Assembly: GCF_004010195.1 (NCBI RefSeq) | Contig: NC_057720.1 | Location: 18,421,615 to 18,485,614 of the forward strand | DNA length: 64,000 nucleotides | From: Chiloscyllium plagiosum | Taxonomy: Eukaryota | Reading direction: 5' to 3' | Shown here: piece by piece, positions 12,219 to 25,357 of the stretch | Numbering within the stretch: position 1 is the stretch's first letter | Layout of the letters: each line of letters opens with the position of its first letter | Notes under the pieces: generated by a model | Seen by the model: the letters and a program-made list of their open reading frames with translations, nothing else | What the model was told of the DNA's origin: nothing | Databases searched by the model: none | Translations under genes and position numbers: made by a program

Positions 12219-13963
12219 AGATGTACAGCATGGAAACAGACCCTTCGGTTCAACCCGTCCATGCCGACCAGATATCCAAACCCAATCTAGTCCCACCTGC
12301 CAGCACCCGGCCCATATCCCTTCAAACCCTTCCTATTCGTATACTTATCCAAATGTCTCTTAAATGTTGCAATTGTACCAGCCTCCACCACATCCTCTGG
12401 CAGCTTATTCCATACACGTACCACCCTCTGCGTGAAAAAGTTGCCCCTTAGGTCTCTTTATATCTTTCCCCTCCCACCCGAAACCTATGCCCTCTAGTTC
12501 GGGACTCCCCCACCCCAGTGAAAAGACGTTGTCTATGTATCCTATTATGCCCCTCAATTTTGTAAACCTCTAAAGGTCACCCCTCAGCCTCCGACGCTCC
12601 AGGGAAAACAGCCCCAGCTTGTTCAGCCTCTCCCAGTAGCTCAGATCCTCCAACCCTGGCTACATTATTGGAAATCTTTTCTGAACCCTTTCAAGTTTCA
12701 TAACATCTTTCTGGTAGGAAGGAGACCAGAACTGCACGCAATATTCCAACAGTGGCCTTACCGATGTCCTATACAGCCACAACATGACCTCCCAACTCCT
12801 GTATTCAATACTCTAACCAATAAAGGAAAGCATACCAAACGCCTTCTTCACTATCCTATCTACCTGTGACTCCACTTTCAAGGAGCTATGAACCTGCACT
12901 CCAAAGTCTCTTGTTCAGCAACACTCCCTAGGACCTTACCATTAAGTGTATAAGCCCTGCTAAGATTTGCTTTCCCAAAATGCAACACCTCGCATTTATC
13001 TGAATTAAACTCCATCTGCCACTTCTCAGCCCATTGGCCCATCTGGTCCAGATCCTGTTGTAATCTGAGGTAACCCTCTTCGCTGTCCACTACACCTCCA
13101 ATTTTGGTGTCATCTGCAAACTTACTAACTGTACCTCTTATGCTCACATCCAAATAATTTGTGTAAATGACAAAAAGTAGTGGACCCAGCACCGATCCTT
13201 GTGGCACTCCACTGGTCACAGGCCTCCAGTCTGAAAAACAACCCTCCACCACCACCCTCTGTCTTCTACCTTTGAGCCAGTTCTGTATCCAAATGGCTAG
13301 TTCTCCCTGTATTCCGTGAGATCTAACCTTGCTAACCAGTCTCCCATGGGGAACCTTGTCAAACACCTTACTGAAGTCCATATAGATCACATCTACTGCT
13401 CTGCCCTCAATCTTCTTTGGTACTTTCTTCAAAACACTCAATCAAGTTTGTGAGACATGATTTTCCATGCACAAAGCCATATTGACTATCCTAAAATCAG
13501 TCCTTGTCTTTCCAAATACATGTACATCGTGTCTCTCAGGATTCCCTCCAACAACTTGCCCACCACTGACGTCAGGCTCAATGGTCTATAGTTCCCGGGG
13601 CTGTCCTTACCACCCTTCTTAAACAGTGGCACCATGTTAGCCAACCTCTAGTCTTCCAGCACCTCACCTGGGACTATCGATAATACAAATAGCTCAGCAA
13701 GAGGCCCAGCAATCACTTCTCTCGCTTCCCACAGAGTTCTAGGGTACACCTGATCAGGTCCTGGGGATTTATCCACCTTTAACCGTTTCAAGACATCCAT
13801 CACTTCCTCCTCTGTAATCTGGACATTTTGCAGGATGTCACCATCTATTTCCCTCCATTCTATATCTTCCATATCCTTTTCCACAGTAAATACTGATGCA
13901 AAATACTGATCTTTGAGGGGCCCTATTCTCTCCCTAGTTACCCTTTTGTCCTTAATGTATTTG
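12219..13963 (-). mobile_element. 5'-truncated CR1 (HER1-like) LINE
   Basis: ORFs 12878-13441 (YMDFSKVFDKVPH, GVPQGSVLGPLLF, KFADD) and 13648-14046 (KSPGPD). The 3' UTR ends near 12219. Confidence 0.95.
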
Positions 13964-16699
13964 TTGGAAAATACAAACAGTTTGAATGCTGGGACAGAAA
14001 TGGGTTTCCAAGCAGCCCTTTCAATATACGAAGGAGCCTGTAGCACTGATTAATTTCATTCAGTATTCCTTAACACCATGTTTTGCAGCATGTTGCCCCA
14101 CAACAGATTTTGTGCCAGATTGTCCTCTAACTCTTTATTCGTTACGATCTGGTGAATCACAAACAGTTAAAATACAAAATGACATTCAAAAGATACATTA
14201 ATGTCATAATCACAATTACGTGGACTTACAAAACATTTAGACTTCCATTTTTTTCATATTGCAACTCTGGTCTATCCAGCCAAACAACAAAGAAAGAAAG
14301 TCCTATTGACACACTTAAGATTCCACTCCTCCCCTACTGGTGTGGTGTGGCTGCTATACTTATAATCAATAGGACTTTCTGACATTGCCACCCAAACCAT
14401 CATGCCCTACTACCATAAACTTTAACTACAGGTCACAGAGCTCAAGATTACAGATATCTCATGACTGGGTTTTAAGAAAATATTTAGTTAAAATTATGAG
14501 TTTAAAAGGTTGCATTTTATAAAGACCAGATTGTTGCTTATCTATAATTATCTTTTAAATGAATGACTTGCTCAGCGAAGATGTCTAACAGCCAAGTAAG
14601 TTGCAGTGCATCTGGTGACATTTGTAGGCCAGACGAGGTAAGGATAGCTCAATTCCTTCCCCCAAAAAAAAGGATGCTCATGAACCACATGGTTTTTTAA
14701 AAAAAAACACAAATCAATGATCACAGATTCACCCCAGGTCAGCTTTCTATTCTAGAAATGAAAGATAGCGTCTTTTATTTGTGATTTTGGACTGTAGACA
14801 GAAAAGAAGACAAACTATTTTGAAACCTAGGGGTGAAGTATTTGATACCTATGGAGGACACATTGCAGCTACACAAACAAACTAGAGCAGAGAGTTTGTG
14901 TACGAGTGAAGGTGATTGGATTGAGGATGAGGAAGCAATTCTCATTGACAGGCAGAGGATCTTTGTCAATCACTACATGATTAAATGTCAGGTAGTTGAC
15001 TAGATTGGACTGTACGCAAGACAATGAGAAGCTGGTCAGACCAGAAGAACCATCAATCGGTCTGCAAAGTACAGAAACCTGGGTCTGAAAAATCTGGTAG
15101 TTTGGGTGTTCTGTATGTTTCTTTTACAAACTAACTTTCATAATGGCTTTGGAAACACGGAGTTGATTTCCAGGGTGCTAGTGAGTCATGACGAGATTTA
15201 TTAAGTTCATCAACTGCCTTGGTGGGATCTGGATCCATATTCTCTTGTGAATTTAATATAGGATAACAAGTATCTGCCCTAAGGTCTCTCAACATATACT
15301 TTCTGGCCAATTGTGGTTATTCTTAAAGATAAATGTGGCCAGGTCAATAATCATGCATGGTTATCTCTGGGATCTTAGCACACCCACAGTCTAGTCAAGA
15401 AGTACAAGTTACTGAAAAAAATTTTCAGTAACTCTTCCAAAGGAACAATTACATTGCACCTGATCTTGAAGCAAACATGTTTCAGAAGTAGATGCGTGAA
15501 CTAAGCAGCTTGTAATATAGCAGGTTTTCTCCAAATTAAAAAAAAATCCAAATACAAAACAACTGCAAAGATAGTTCAAAAAGAAGTTTCAATTCCCCCC
15601 CCATGGTGCCTTTTCCTCATTAACCATGAAATTAGATAAATAAACCAGGCATCGTCACAATATTTCAAAATAATGCCCACAAAAATTAATAAAGTTGAAT
15701 CATCCACATAACCAAACTACCAAATGAAAGTGTTAAGAATGTTGGATTGTGCTTTAAACTATCCATTTAGATACAAGCTGAAATAATTGCATTTTCAAAA
15801 GATAGCTAGACAGAATCTCTACCTGAATACACAAAGTTATAGAAATTGAATTTAAGAGGGGAAGAAAACAACCCTGAAAACTCAAAGATGTTAGTCTGCC
15901 AAGGTACCGAAATTAAAAGAGCAACCAGAGACTAAAAACCTCATAGCTCACTGCACTGGAATGAGTGTAAAGACAAATGCTAAACAGAGAGAGGGGAAAA
16001 AAAACCCAGAATCATAGAATTACTACTGTGTAAAAGGAAGCCCTTCAGCCCATTGTGTCTGCATCAACTCTCTAAATGAACTTTTCACTTTGTACCTTCC
16101 ATTTCTCTTGCCTTATAATCAAGAATTCTGAGGATTTAGAATCAACTTGGAAGAGTTGCCTAGCTTGCATTAGGAAAGTCTGCGATAATTTCTGAGTGCA
16201 AGACACTTACAGTTAGAAATAGGTTGAGAAAATTAAAAGAACAGAAATAAATCCTTGAGATTCAACAATGACTTTGGCCTGAATTAACAATTCAATGTCT
16301 CTTAAAGTACAGAATAACATACGCCTGGGAAATGTGTTTTTCGGTTCTGCCAGAGTGGGTAGATGTTGCATTCTGTATTCAAAGTTTTTAGTTAGTTGCC
16401 TCCAAAGGCAGTGTTTAGTCAATAGTGCTTTTCATTTTTGGTTACAGTAAGCATATAGAACATTGACATGCTATCCTTTCAGCTATGAACTGGAAATTTG
16501 AGTTTACTTTTAAAAACGGTATTGGCCTCAGATTGGAACAGAATGCTTTTACATGGCATTTTTCATACACCTCAGGATGTCCCAAGGCACTTTATAGTCA
16601 GATAAAATACTTTTGAAACATAATCACCATTGAACTGTAGTAATGCAGCAGCCAATTTTTAAATAATAATAATATAATAATAATAATTTTTATTATTTA

Positions 16700-17235
16700 C
16701 CCATTGCTCTTGATGTGGCCTCCTTGACATTCAGGAGACAGGACACCAACTTGTTGAATGCCAACTTTCAGAGAACATCTCCAGGACACACGCACTAAAC
16801 AACCCCTCTGTCCTGTGGCCGACCACTTCAACTCCCCCTCCATCAAGGACATGCAAGTCTTTGGCCTCCTCCAACACCAAACTCTAGCCACCCGACACCT
16901 GGAGGAAGAACGCCTCATCTTCCACCTTGGGACCCTCCAACCACACGGAATCAGTGTCATTTTCACCAGTTTCCTCATCTCTTCTCACCTTATCCCAGAT
17001 CCAATCCTCCAACTCAGTACCACACACTTGAACTGTCCATTTTCCTGCCCATCTATCCACTCCACCTTATCAGCCCCCACCTCAAGCTACCTATTGCATT
17101 CCCAGCTACCTTTTCCCAGCCCAACTCCCCTCCCATTTATCTCTCAGCCCCCTCGGGCCTGCCCACATTATTGATGCTTGACTCTCCTGCTCATAGGATG
17201 CTGCCTGACTGGCTATGCTTTTCCAGCGCCACACT
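16700..17235 (+). mobile_element. Penelope-like element GIY-YIG fragment
   Basis: ORF 16758-17174 (FREHLQDTRT..VADHFNS..EEERLIFHLGTLQPHG), followed by the PLE tail. Confidence 0.85.
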
Positions 17236-18099
17236 TGTTTATTGGTCATTATTTATAGGTCAGCGTAACTGTAAATATTACCACTCTATTCACCCCACAG
17301 ATGAGTCCAATTTTATATTTACCAGTAAATGCACATTTGCAAACAAAAAAAAACCCAGTAATGCTTCATCAGCAACAGGAATCCAAGTAAAAAGAATTTA
17401 ACTGAAAGAGGGCCATTCAGGACTTTTCTGGTATTGTATCTGAAGCACGGTCCGGGGCTCAAACTAAATCTGAGGTTTCCTCCACAGGCTGGGACCGTGA
17501 ACGGGAAACAAGATTTCAGGTTCAATCCTAGCCCTTTTTTTCCCCTTTGGCTTAAGGCAAGACCAATGTGGATTATCATTCTACAATCTGTTTGAATATT
17601 TTTTGCAAAATGAACTGACAGAAAAATTAAATCACGGCATAGCAACAGAGACCTATCTTTGCTACGAACATTTCATAGTTAGAAGTGCGTCACCCCTTCA
17701 GGGTTTACAACATTGTGCCATAATGATTCAAATCCCTTTTTGGGGAAACATCGCACTTTAATGCAATCTGGCGTCTAACCAGTTCAAAGAAATAACCAAA
17801 TGAACTCGCTAACAACTAAATGAAATTAAAGAAACGAAGTATATTTTAAGGAAATCGAAGACAAGTCGTAAAACAGAAAAATCTAGGTTAATTTCACACA
17901 GATCATCAGTAGACTCCATAAAATGGAGTGTGCTGCAATCTAACTGCAAAGACCGCAAGCCACATTATTTTCAGCACAAATCCATATTCATTCATTCATG
18001 CATTATATACCTACCGCAGGAAAATGAAAATTCACAGACTTTTAATAGAGAGAGAAAATTCTTATGTCAAGAAAAGGTGCAAAGATAACTAACATTTTC

Positions 18100-19060
18100 A
18101 TACATAAATTCATGTAAACAGGGACACTTGAGACTGGTCACACCGGTGATGCGCGCACACCAAGGGTATTTTCTCTGCACACACCAAGTGTGCAAAGAAC
18201 ACATTGTCAATCCATCGCAAAGGTGAGAGTATGTGAAGGTTGCTCTCCTCCCACTGCGCCACAGCCGTTCGTTCATTCATTCATTCACTGACTCCAGGGG
18301 TCTCCATGGAGAGCGCGAGCCGCCGGCGGGATAGAGGCAGGTCACGTGATTGTGCCGCTTGACCGTTTTCACATTTTCAAAAAAAAACGACCAGTAGGTT
18401 TTTTTTCAAGACTTCCACTTTCCCAGATTCAGCTTGCGCTTTCCATTTAAGCATGTAATTCGGGGATATGTTGTTCATATACGTCGGTCTAACCTTACCT
18501 GAATGTAGTAGTGGCTGCCACAGATCTTCCTCAAAGAGGCCCAGGAAAGCAATCCCCTCGCCATGGTAATAGAGCGCATCCACTCTCCTGTGTCTCTTTT
18601 TCCCTTTGCTCACACCGTCCAACACTTCACAGCCGCCTGACTCCAACCCACACACATCAGCGACCACACCTTGTAGGGTTTAGACTTCATTTGTCCCACG
18701 GTCTCTCCTCCTCCTCCTCCTCCCTTTACCCCGGTTTTGTTTGAAGGCGTCATTTGCGCTTCCAAGCGACTCCAACCGCTTCTGTTAAAGGCGCAACAGC
18801 TTCTGGAAAACGGCCAATCCGCTAGACAGAATTTAGCCGACGGAATTTTTCGATGTAACGAAGTGTACACGCAGCGAAAAATCTTCTCCCCACCCCCTTT
18901 TCAATTACGTAATATTGCCACGAGTTTTGAGTCAGCGCAAGGAATATTCGTACGTATTTAAAATTAGATTTTAACAGCTGCGAAAGGTGACAACACACGT
19001 TTATGTGGCGCCTTTCACGACCAGCAAGCGTTTCCAAATCACTTTATAAGCCAATGAGCA
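18100..19060 (-). promoter_or_regulatory. DIPK1A: CpG-rich promoter / first-exon region of DIPK1A
   Basis: Locally high CpG content and free of repeats. E-box GTCACGTGAT at 18341-18350. CCAAT boxes near 18814 and 19051. Confidence 0.7.
18499..18564 (-). CDS. DIPK1A: DIPK1A (FAM69A, divergent protein kinase domain 1A) coding exon 1
   Basis: Kozak accATGG, then MARGLLSWASLRKICGSHYYIQ, then a CAG|GTAAGG phase-0 donor. Resembles the human FAM69A N-terminus MARSLCPGAWLRKPYYLQ (recalled from memory) and lies next to MTF2 as in mammals. Confidence 0.85.
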
Positions 19061-19307
19061 AGTACTTTTGAGGTTTGTCACTGTGGTGGTATAAGAAATA
19101 GAGCATCCAATCTGAACACAGTAAGCTCTCACAAACGAAAATACTATAGTGCCAGAAAATCTGTTTCTGCTGTGTTTTGGAATTGGTAGACAAATATTGG
19201 ACCAGGCAGTAATAATAACTCTGCTCTTCTAAATACCTGTAGTTCCACACGATCTTTTACATTCACCTGAGAGGTTGTGCATTCAAATATCTGCTGTAAG
19301 GCTTGAT

Positions 19308-19520
19308 GAGTCAAAAAGTGTGGCGCTGGAAAAGCACAGCTGGTCAGGTAGCAGGAGAGTCGACGTTTCGAGCATAAATTCTTCATCCGGAATCATATTC
19401 CAGTTTATGCTCCAAACGTTGACTATCCTGCTCCTCAGATGCTGCCTGACCGGCTGTGCTTTTCCAGCACCACACTTTTTGACTCTGATCTCCAGCATCT
19501 GCAGTCCTCACTTTCTCCCC
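19308..19520. mobile_element. Inverted pair of PLE tails with hammerhead remnants
   Basis: Minus-strand tail at 19308-19395 (ggatgaagaatttatgctcGAAACGTC) faces a plus-strand tail at 19403-19520. Confidence 0.75.
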
Positions 19521-19539
19521 TAACACTGTCTGAATTAGG

Positions 19540-19928
19540 TGTGAGAAACGAAGTTCACTGCCAAATAATTTTAGTCCGAGTCAAATTCCGAAGTAGTCTT
19601 TATTCATACGTTCTTGCAAGCCCGGGTGACCACAAAGTCGGCACACTTCTGAATAATATTATTTCACATTTATACAGTTTTCTATGAGGCTCCCTGTACC
19701 TCCCCTTTTACCTCGTATGTGACAGTTGTATTGCTCTGTGCAGCTGCTAATCTAATCGGCTTACCACATCTGTCTGTGGCCTGTTGTTAGCGTGCAACTC
19801 CCCTTGATAGCTGAGTCTTATTACTTTTGATGATGCAACACTGGGTCTTACCACTTCTGCACACTGAGTCTTTATGACTTCTGAGTACCTGACTTCTGCA
19901 GAAGCAACACTTAGACATATTTTCCACA
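19540..19928 (-). mobile_element. Solo LTR (389 bp) of the ERV at 40784-47181
   Basis: TG...CA ends and 5-bp TSD TTAGG (19535-19539 and 19929-19933). TATAAA and AATAAA on the minus strand. About 93-94% identical by hand count to 40784-41171. Confidence 0.92.
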
Positions 19929-20887
19929 TTAGGTAACTGCCATAACTTGAGCTAGTAAAGGGATGCATGTCATATAGTCATACAGATGTACAGCACGGAA
20001 CAGACCCTTCTGTTCAACACCTCTATCCCTACTAGATACCCTAAAATAATCTAGTCTCACTTGCTAGCACTTGGCCCATAACCCTCTAAATCCTTCTTAT
20101 TCATATATCCAACCACATGCCTTTTAAATGTTGTAATCATGCCAGCTTCCTCTAGCAGCTCATTCCATGCATGCACCATGCTCTGTGTGAAAAAGTTGCC
20201 CCTTAGATCCCTGTATCGTTGGTATCCACATGAACCAGAACAACTGGATCCTTCCCCTCCCACTTTTAAGTTTTTCTTCAGTTTGGATGAGATGTCCTTA
20301 ACCCTGCCACTGGACAGTCTTAGGACTCACCCTCTCCGTTTCAGAGAACAGTATCTATCCCCCTTATTTAGCTATCCTAACTAATCTGTCCCCACTATGA
20401 CTACATTCCGTTTTACTACCCCTTTCTGAATGGGGCCCTACACCAAGAGTTCTTAATCATATTACACATCCTGTTGTAGTCCCTGCTCTCATCCATACAA
20501 ACTGAAAGAACCTCAAATCTGTTTGACAATTGCATTGGCTAAGCATCCTCCAATGTTATCTTTTGGGCTCCTATACCTGCTTCACATGCAATTATGCCCT
20601 CATATCCCTGACTATGGACCAAATCAGAAGAATCTACCTTAAGATGAACGAAATGTCCACATAATCTTTCTACTCCTTGATGCAGCGAGGTGTCTGAAGC
20701 TCAGCCTCCCACTCATCAAGTGGGATTCAAAGTTCCGTAAGCCATGATTCACTCTGGTGACCACCAACTCTCACAATCACAACATCTTACATCCTTATGT
20801 TTATTTCATGAATTAGGTTTCAAGCTTAGAGATATAAGTCAACTGGTATTTAAAACTTTTGTAACTAATGCATCAAATTTGAAATGT

Positions 20888-21450
20888 CTGGGTGCTCCGG
20901 TTTCCTCCCACAGTCCAAAGATGAGCAGGTCAGGTGAATTGGCCATGTTAAATTGCCCATAGTGTTAGGTGCATTCGTCAGTGGGAAATGGATCTGGGTG
21001 GGTTACTCTTCAGAGGGTCAGTGTGGACTTGTTGGGCCGAAGGGCCTGTTTCCGCACTGTAGGGAATCTAATCTAATCCCTTTTAAATTTTTCCTCTCTC
21101 ACCCTAAACCTATAACCTCTAGTTCTGGACTCCTCCAGACCTTGACTATTTACCCTTTCTGTGTCCCTCATGATTTTATAAATCTCTTTAAGGTCACCCC
21201 TCAGCTTCCCACACTCCAGGGAAAACAGCCCCAGCCTATTCAGCCTGTCCCTATAACTCAAACCCTCCAATCCTGGCAACATCCTTGTAAATCTTTTCTG
21301 AACCGTCTCAAGTTTCACAACATTCTTCCAATAGGAGGGAGACCAGAATTGCACATAATATTTCAATAATGGTCTAACCAATGTCCCGTACAGCTGCAAC
21401 ATGGCCTCCCAACTTCTATACTTGATGCTCTGACCAATAAAGGGAAGCAT
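20888..21450. mobile_element. Partial HE1-like SINE (+, 20888-21076) abutting a CR1 3' fragment (-, 21077-21450)
   Basis: V-domain gggtgctccggtttcctcccacagtccaaag. ORF 21073-21450 (LVRPLLKYYVQFWSP..QKRFTRML) is CR1 ORF2. Confidence 0.85.
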
Positions 21451-21634
21451 TCTTCATTAGTGGAATTGGGTATCCCTTCCCGCTCTTTGCTACTTCTCCT
21501 TGATTGCCTGTTTGAGATTCTCCAAGCAGGGAAGCCATTTCATTTTTGAAAAGAAACTAATTTTCCCAAATATAAAATGATTTTCCTAGCTTAGACTTGG
21601 CTTGGTATGAGACTGATCTAAGAATTATAGTAAA

Positions 21635-21815
21635 CAAAAAACTGCGGATGCTGGAAATCAGAAACAAAAACAGAACTTGCTGGAAAAACTCAGCAGATCT
21701 TGCAGCATCTGTGAAGAGAAAGCAAAGTCAGAACTGAAGTAGGGTCACTGGACATGAAATGTTGACTGCTTTCTCTCCACAGGTGCTGCCAGACCTGTTG
21801 AATTTCTCCAGCAAT
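21635..21815. mobile_element. Inverted pair of second-family PLE-like tails with hammerhead remnant (21734-21767)
   Basis: gctggaaaaactcagcagatcttgcagcatctgtg faces its reverse complement. The centre reads CTGAAGT-a-gggtc actg gacat-GAAA-tgtt. Confidence 0.6.
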
Positions 21816-23204
21816 TATCGTACTTTCAATCATAACCATGTTCAGTTATTCCAGACAAGCACAGATTGCTCAACTGAATAATAACTAAGTAGAGCATATG
21901 TCTTATACTACACTGTGCTCTAAGCTCTGGTATGACCTCATTCTCCATTCAGTTCTGATCACCAAACTGCAAAGTAGGTATCCACACCTTGGATGCAGCA
22001 TAAATAAGGGCCACAGAGATTATTTGATTTATTTTTGTCACATGTACAATGAAAAGGTTTGTTTTGCGTGTAGTACAGGCAGATCATACCATACAGAGAT
22101 CAGAGGGTGGTAGAACAGAGCAAGGAGTACAATGTTATGGCTGCAAAAAAGGTGTACAAAAAGCAAGATCAATATCAGGTTTGTAACTTGAGAGGTCCAT
22201 TCAAAAGTCTAATAACTATGGGTAAGATGCTGTCCTTGAACCTGTTGGTACGTGTGTTTAACCATTTCTATCTTCTGCTTCTGTAAGAAGTTGAAAGAGT
22301 TTAGAACTGGGGTGGGAGAGGTGTTTGATGACGTTGGCTGCCTTTCTGAAGGTGGGTTGTGTAGATGGAGTCAATGGATGGAAGGTTGGCTTGCATGATG
22401 GACTGAGCTGTGTTCACCAACTCTTCATAGTTTTTTGCGGTCCTGGGCAGAGCAATTCCAGTACCAAGCTGAGATAGATCCAGATAGAATGTTTTCTCTG
22501 GGGATTCTTATTGCCAAAGAACTACATACGTGCAAAACTGTAAAACACAGAAAAGCTGATAGCTCAAAATAAGCCTTATAAAATGCTCAATTAAGGTTTA
22601 TGATTAAAGTCATTGAATAATCTAAGTTCCTTGCAGTGCATGAGATTTCAGGTTGAAACCCAGCAACCTCTAATGTAAGCATGACGTGACGTAGTACAGA
22701 AGGAGGCCACTCAGACCATCATGCTTGTGCTGGCTTTATGATAGAGCTTTCCAAATAGTCCCATTGCTTGCCTTTTTCCCATACCTCTCAAAATTTCCCT
22801 CCTTCAAGTATTCCAATTCCATTTTGAAAATTATTTTACAATCTGAATCAAACACTGGGTAATGAAGCAATCTATGTCTGCATGCAGTAAGATTCCTAAC
22901 ACATATGTTTGAGTAGATATGTTACAAGTAACTTTTCCACCACAAAAGTTGTAGTCAATGACCATCTCAACAAGAGTAATTCTAAACACTTGTTTTGACT
23001 GACAAGAAATATAACTGGGCCAGACCCATAAACAATGTGGCTGCAAAAAGAATTATAGGCTGGGAATTGTGCAACAACTGATTCAACCCGACTCCCAGAG
23101 TCTTTCCACCAAATACAAAATACAAGTCAAAAGTGTGTTGAAAACTAACTTCTTGTCTGGAAGACTGCAGGTTCAACAACATTAAAATAGCTTGACACCA
23201 TTTA

Positions 23205-23330
23205 GTTCCTGATGAAGAGCTTATGCTCAAAACATCGATTCTTCCACTCCTCGGATGCTGCTTGACCAGCTGTGCTTTTCCAGCATCACACACTCGACTC
23301 TGATCTCCAGTATCTGCAGTCCTCACTTTC
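23205..23330 (+). mobile_element. PLE tail with hammerhead motif
   Basis: ttc-CTGATGA-a-GAGC ttat GCTC-aAAA-cATC-gatt, followed by the standard tail. Confidence 0.75.
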
Positions 23331-25357
23331 TACCAGTACACAGCAGCCCTCTTAATCAGAACTTGGCCACAATCTTAAACATTTACTCCCTCTACCACGA
23401 GTGCACTGTGGGTTCAGTGTATATTACTATCCCCATGAAGAACTTCTGGGAAGAAACAAATTTTCACAGCATCAGTGGAGAGAAAACTGCTAAACAAATT
23501 TTCATTTTTTGAAAACCTAGAGTAACAAACCAATTAAAACCAACATAATTCATAATTGATTAATAGAGGATGGATATTTCACATATAAGAGGAAATTTCA
23601 CGATAAATTGTTGATGCAACAAATTCATTTTGTTTTAATTCACTCAAGACATCGGCATGGCTGTCTGGACCAACATTTATTGGCTTTCCCTAGTTTCCCT
23701 TGAGAACGTGATGGTGAACTGCCTTCTTGAACCACTGTAATCCATGAACTGTAGGTACACTCATAAAGCTGTTTGGGAGGGAATTCAGGATTTTGACCCA
23801 GTGACAGTGAAGGAATGGTGATTTATTTCCAAGTCAGGATGGCGAATGACTTTGACAGGATCCTGTAGGTGGCAGCGTTTACATGCATCCGCTGCCCATG
23901 TCCTTCCAGATGGTAGTGATGATGTGGAGATGCTGGAGTTTGATTGGGGTGGACAAGGACAAAAATCAAATGACACCAGGTTATAGTCCAACAGGTTTAT
24001 TTGAAATTGCAAGGTTTTGGAGCTCAGCTCATTCCTCAGGTATGGTATGATGGAGAGCAATAAGACACAGTATTTGTAAATCAGTAGTGACCAACTTTAA
24101 AACTAGTTGCTCTTGTTGAATCCTTTAATCAGTCAGGAGGTAGACTGCTGATTAAAATGTAAAATCCAAATTACTTTCAAGTCTTTGTCCCTAGAAAATT
24201 GAAGATTTTATCAATGTACATCTCAAGTTAGACAGTGCAGTTTAGGTGTGAGGTCCCACTCCAAATCTGCCTATATTTTAAGCTGAGGTCAGGTTTTTGT
24301 TTTGACAGAAAAGAACCTTGAATGAAATAAATAAATGATTTTGAATATGAAAAGTGCTGTCAAAAGATTATTTGGTGAATTTCTGCAGTGCATCTTGCAG
24401 ATGGTACACAACTACTGCTACTGAGTATCAGTGATCGAAGGAGTGGATATTTGTGGATGAAGTATCAGTTCAGTTATAGAGTCATAGAGATGTACAGCAC
24501 GGAAACAGACCCTTTGGTCCAATCTGTCCATGATGACCAGATATCCCAAAACAATCTAGTCCTACCTGCCAGCACCTGGCCCATATCCCTCCAAACCGTT
24601 CCTATTCATATACCCATCCAGATACCTCATAAATGTTGCAATTTCACTAGCCTCCACCACTTCCTTTGGCAGCTCATTCCATACATGTACCACCCTCTGC
24701 ATGAAACATTGGCCCCTTAGGTCTCTTTTATATCTTTCCCCTCTCACCCTAAACCTATACCCTTTGGTTCTGGGCTCCCCACCCAAGGAAAAGACTTTGT
24801 CTATTTATCCTGTCCATGCCCTTCATGATTTTGTAAACCTCTATAAGCTCACCCCTCAGCCTCCGACGCTCCAGGGAAAACAGCCCCAAACTGTTCAGCC
24901 TCTCCCTATAGCTCAAATCCTCCAACCCTGGCAACATCCTTGGAAATCTTTTCTGAACCCTTAGAAGTTTCACAACAGCTGCAACATGACCTCCCAACTC
25001 CTGTATTCAATACTCTGACCAATAAAGGAAAGCATACCAAACGCCGCCTTCACTATCCTATCTATCTGTGACTCCACTTTCAAGGAGCTATGAACCTGCA
25101 CTCCAAGGTCTCTTTGTTCAGCAACACTCCCAAGGACCTTACCATTAATTGTATAAGCTCTGCAATGATTTGCTTTCCCAAAATGCAGCATCTCGTGTTT
25201 ATCTGAATTAAACTCTGCCTCTTCTCAGCCCATTGGCCCATCTGATCAAGATCCTGTTGTAATCTGAGGTAATCTTCTTCGCTGTTCACTACACCTCCTA
25301 TTTTGGTGTCATCTGCAAACTTACTAATTATACATCTTATGCTCACATCAAAATCAT

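Noticed and set aside
16661..16698. (AAT)n followed by (TTA)n quasi-palindrome
   Set aside because: Low-complexity sequence next to a PLE insertion.
18067..18961. Several overlapping ORFs in the DIPK1A CpG region
   Set aside because: Expected in GC-rich DNA. Only the 66-nt exon has homology and a splice donor.
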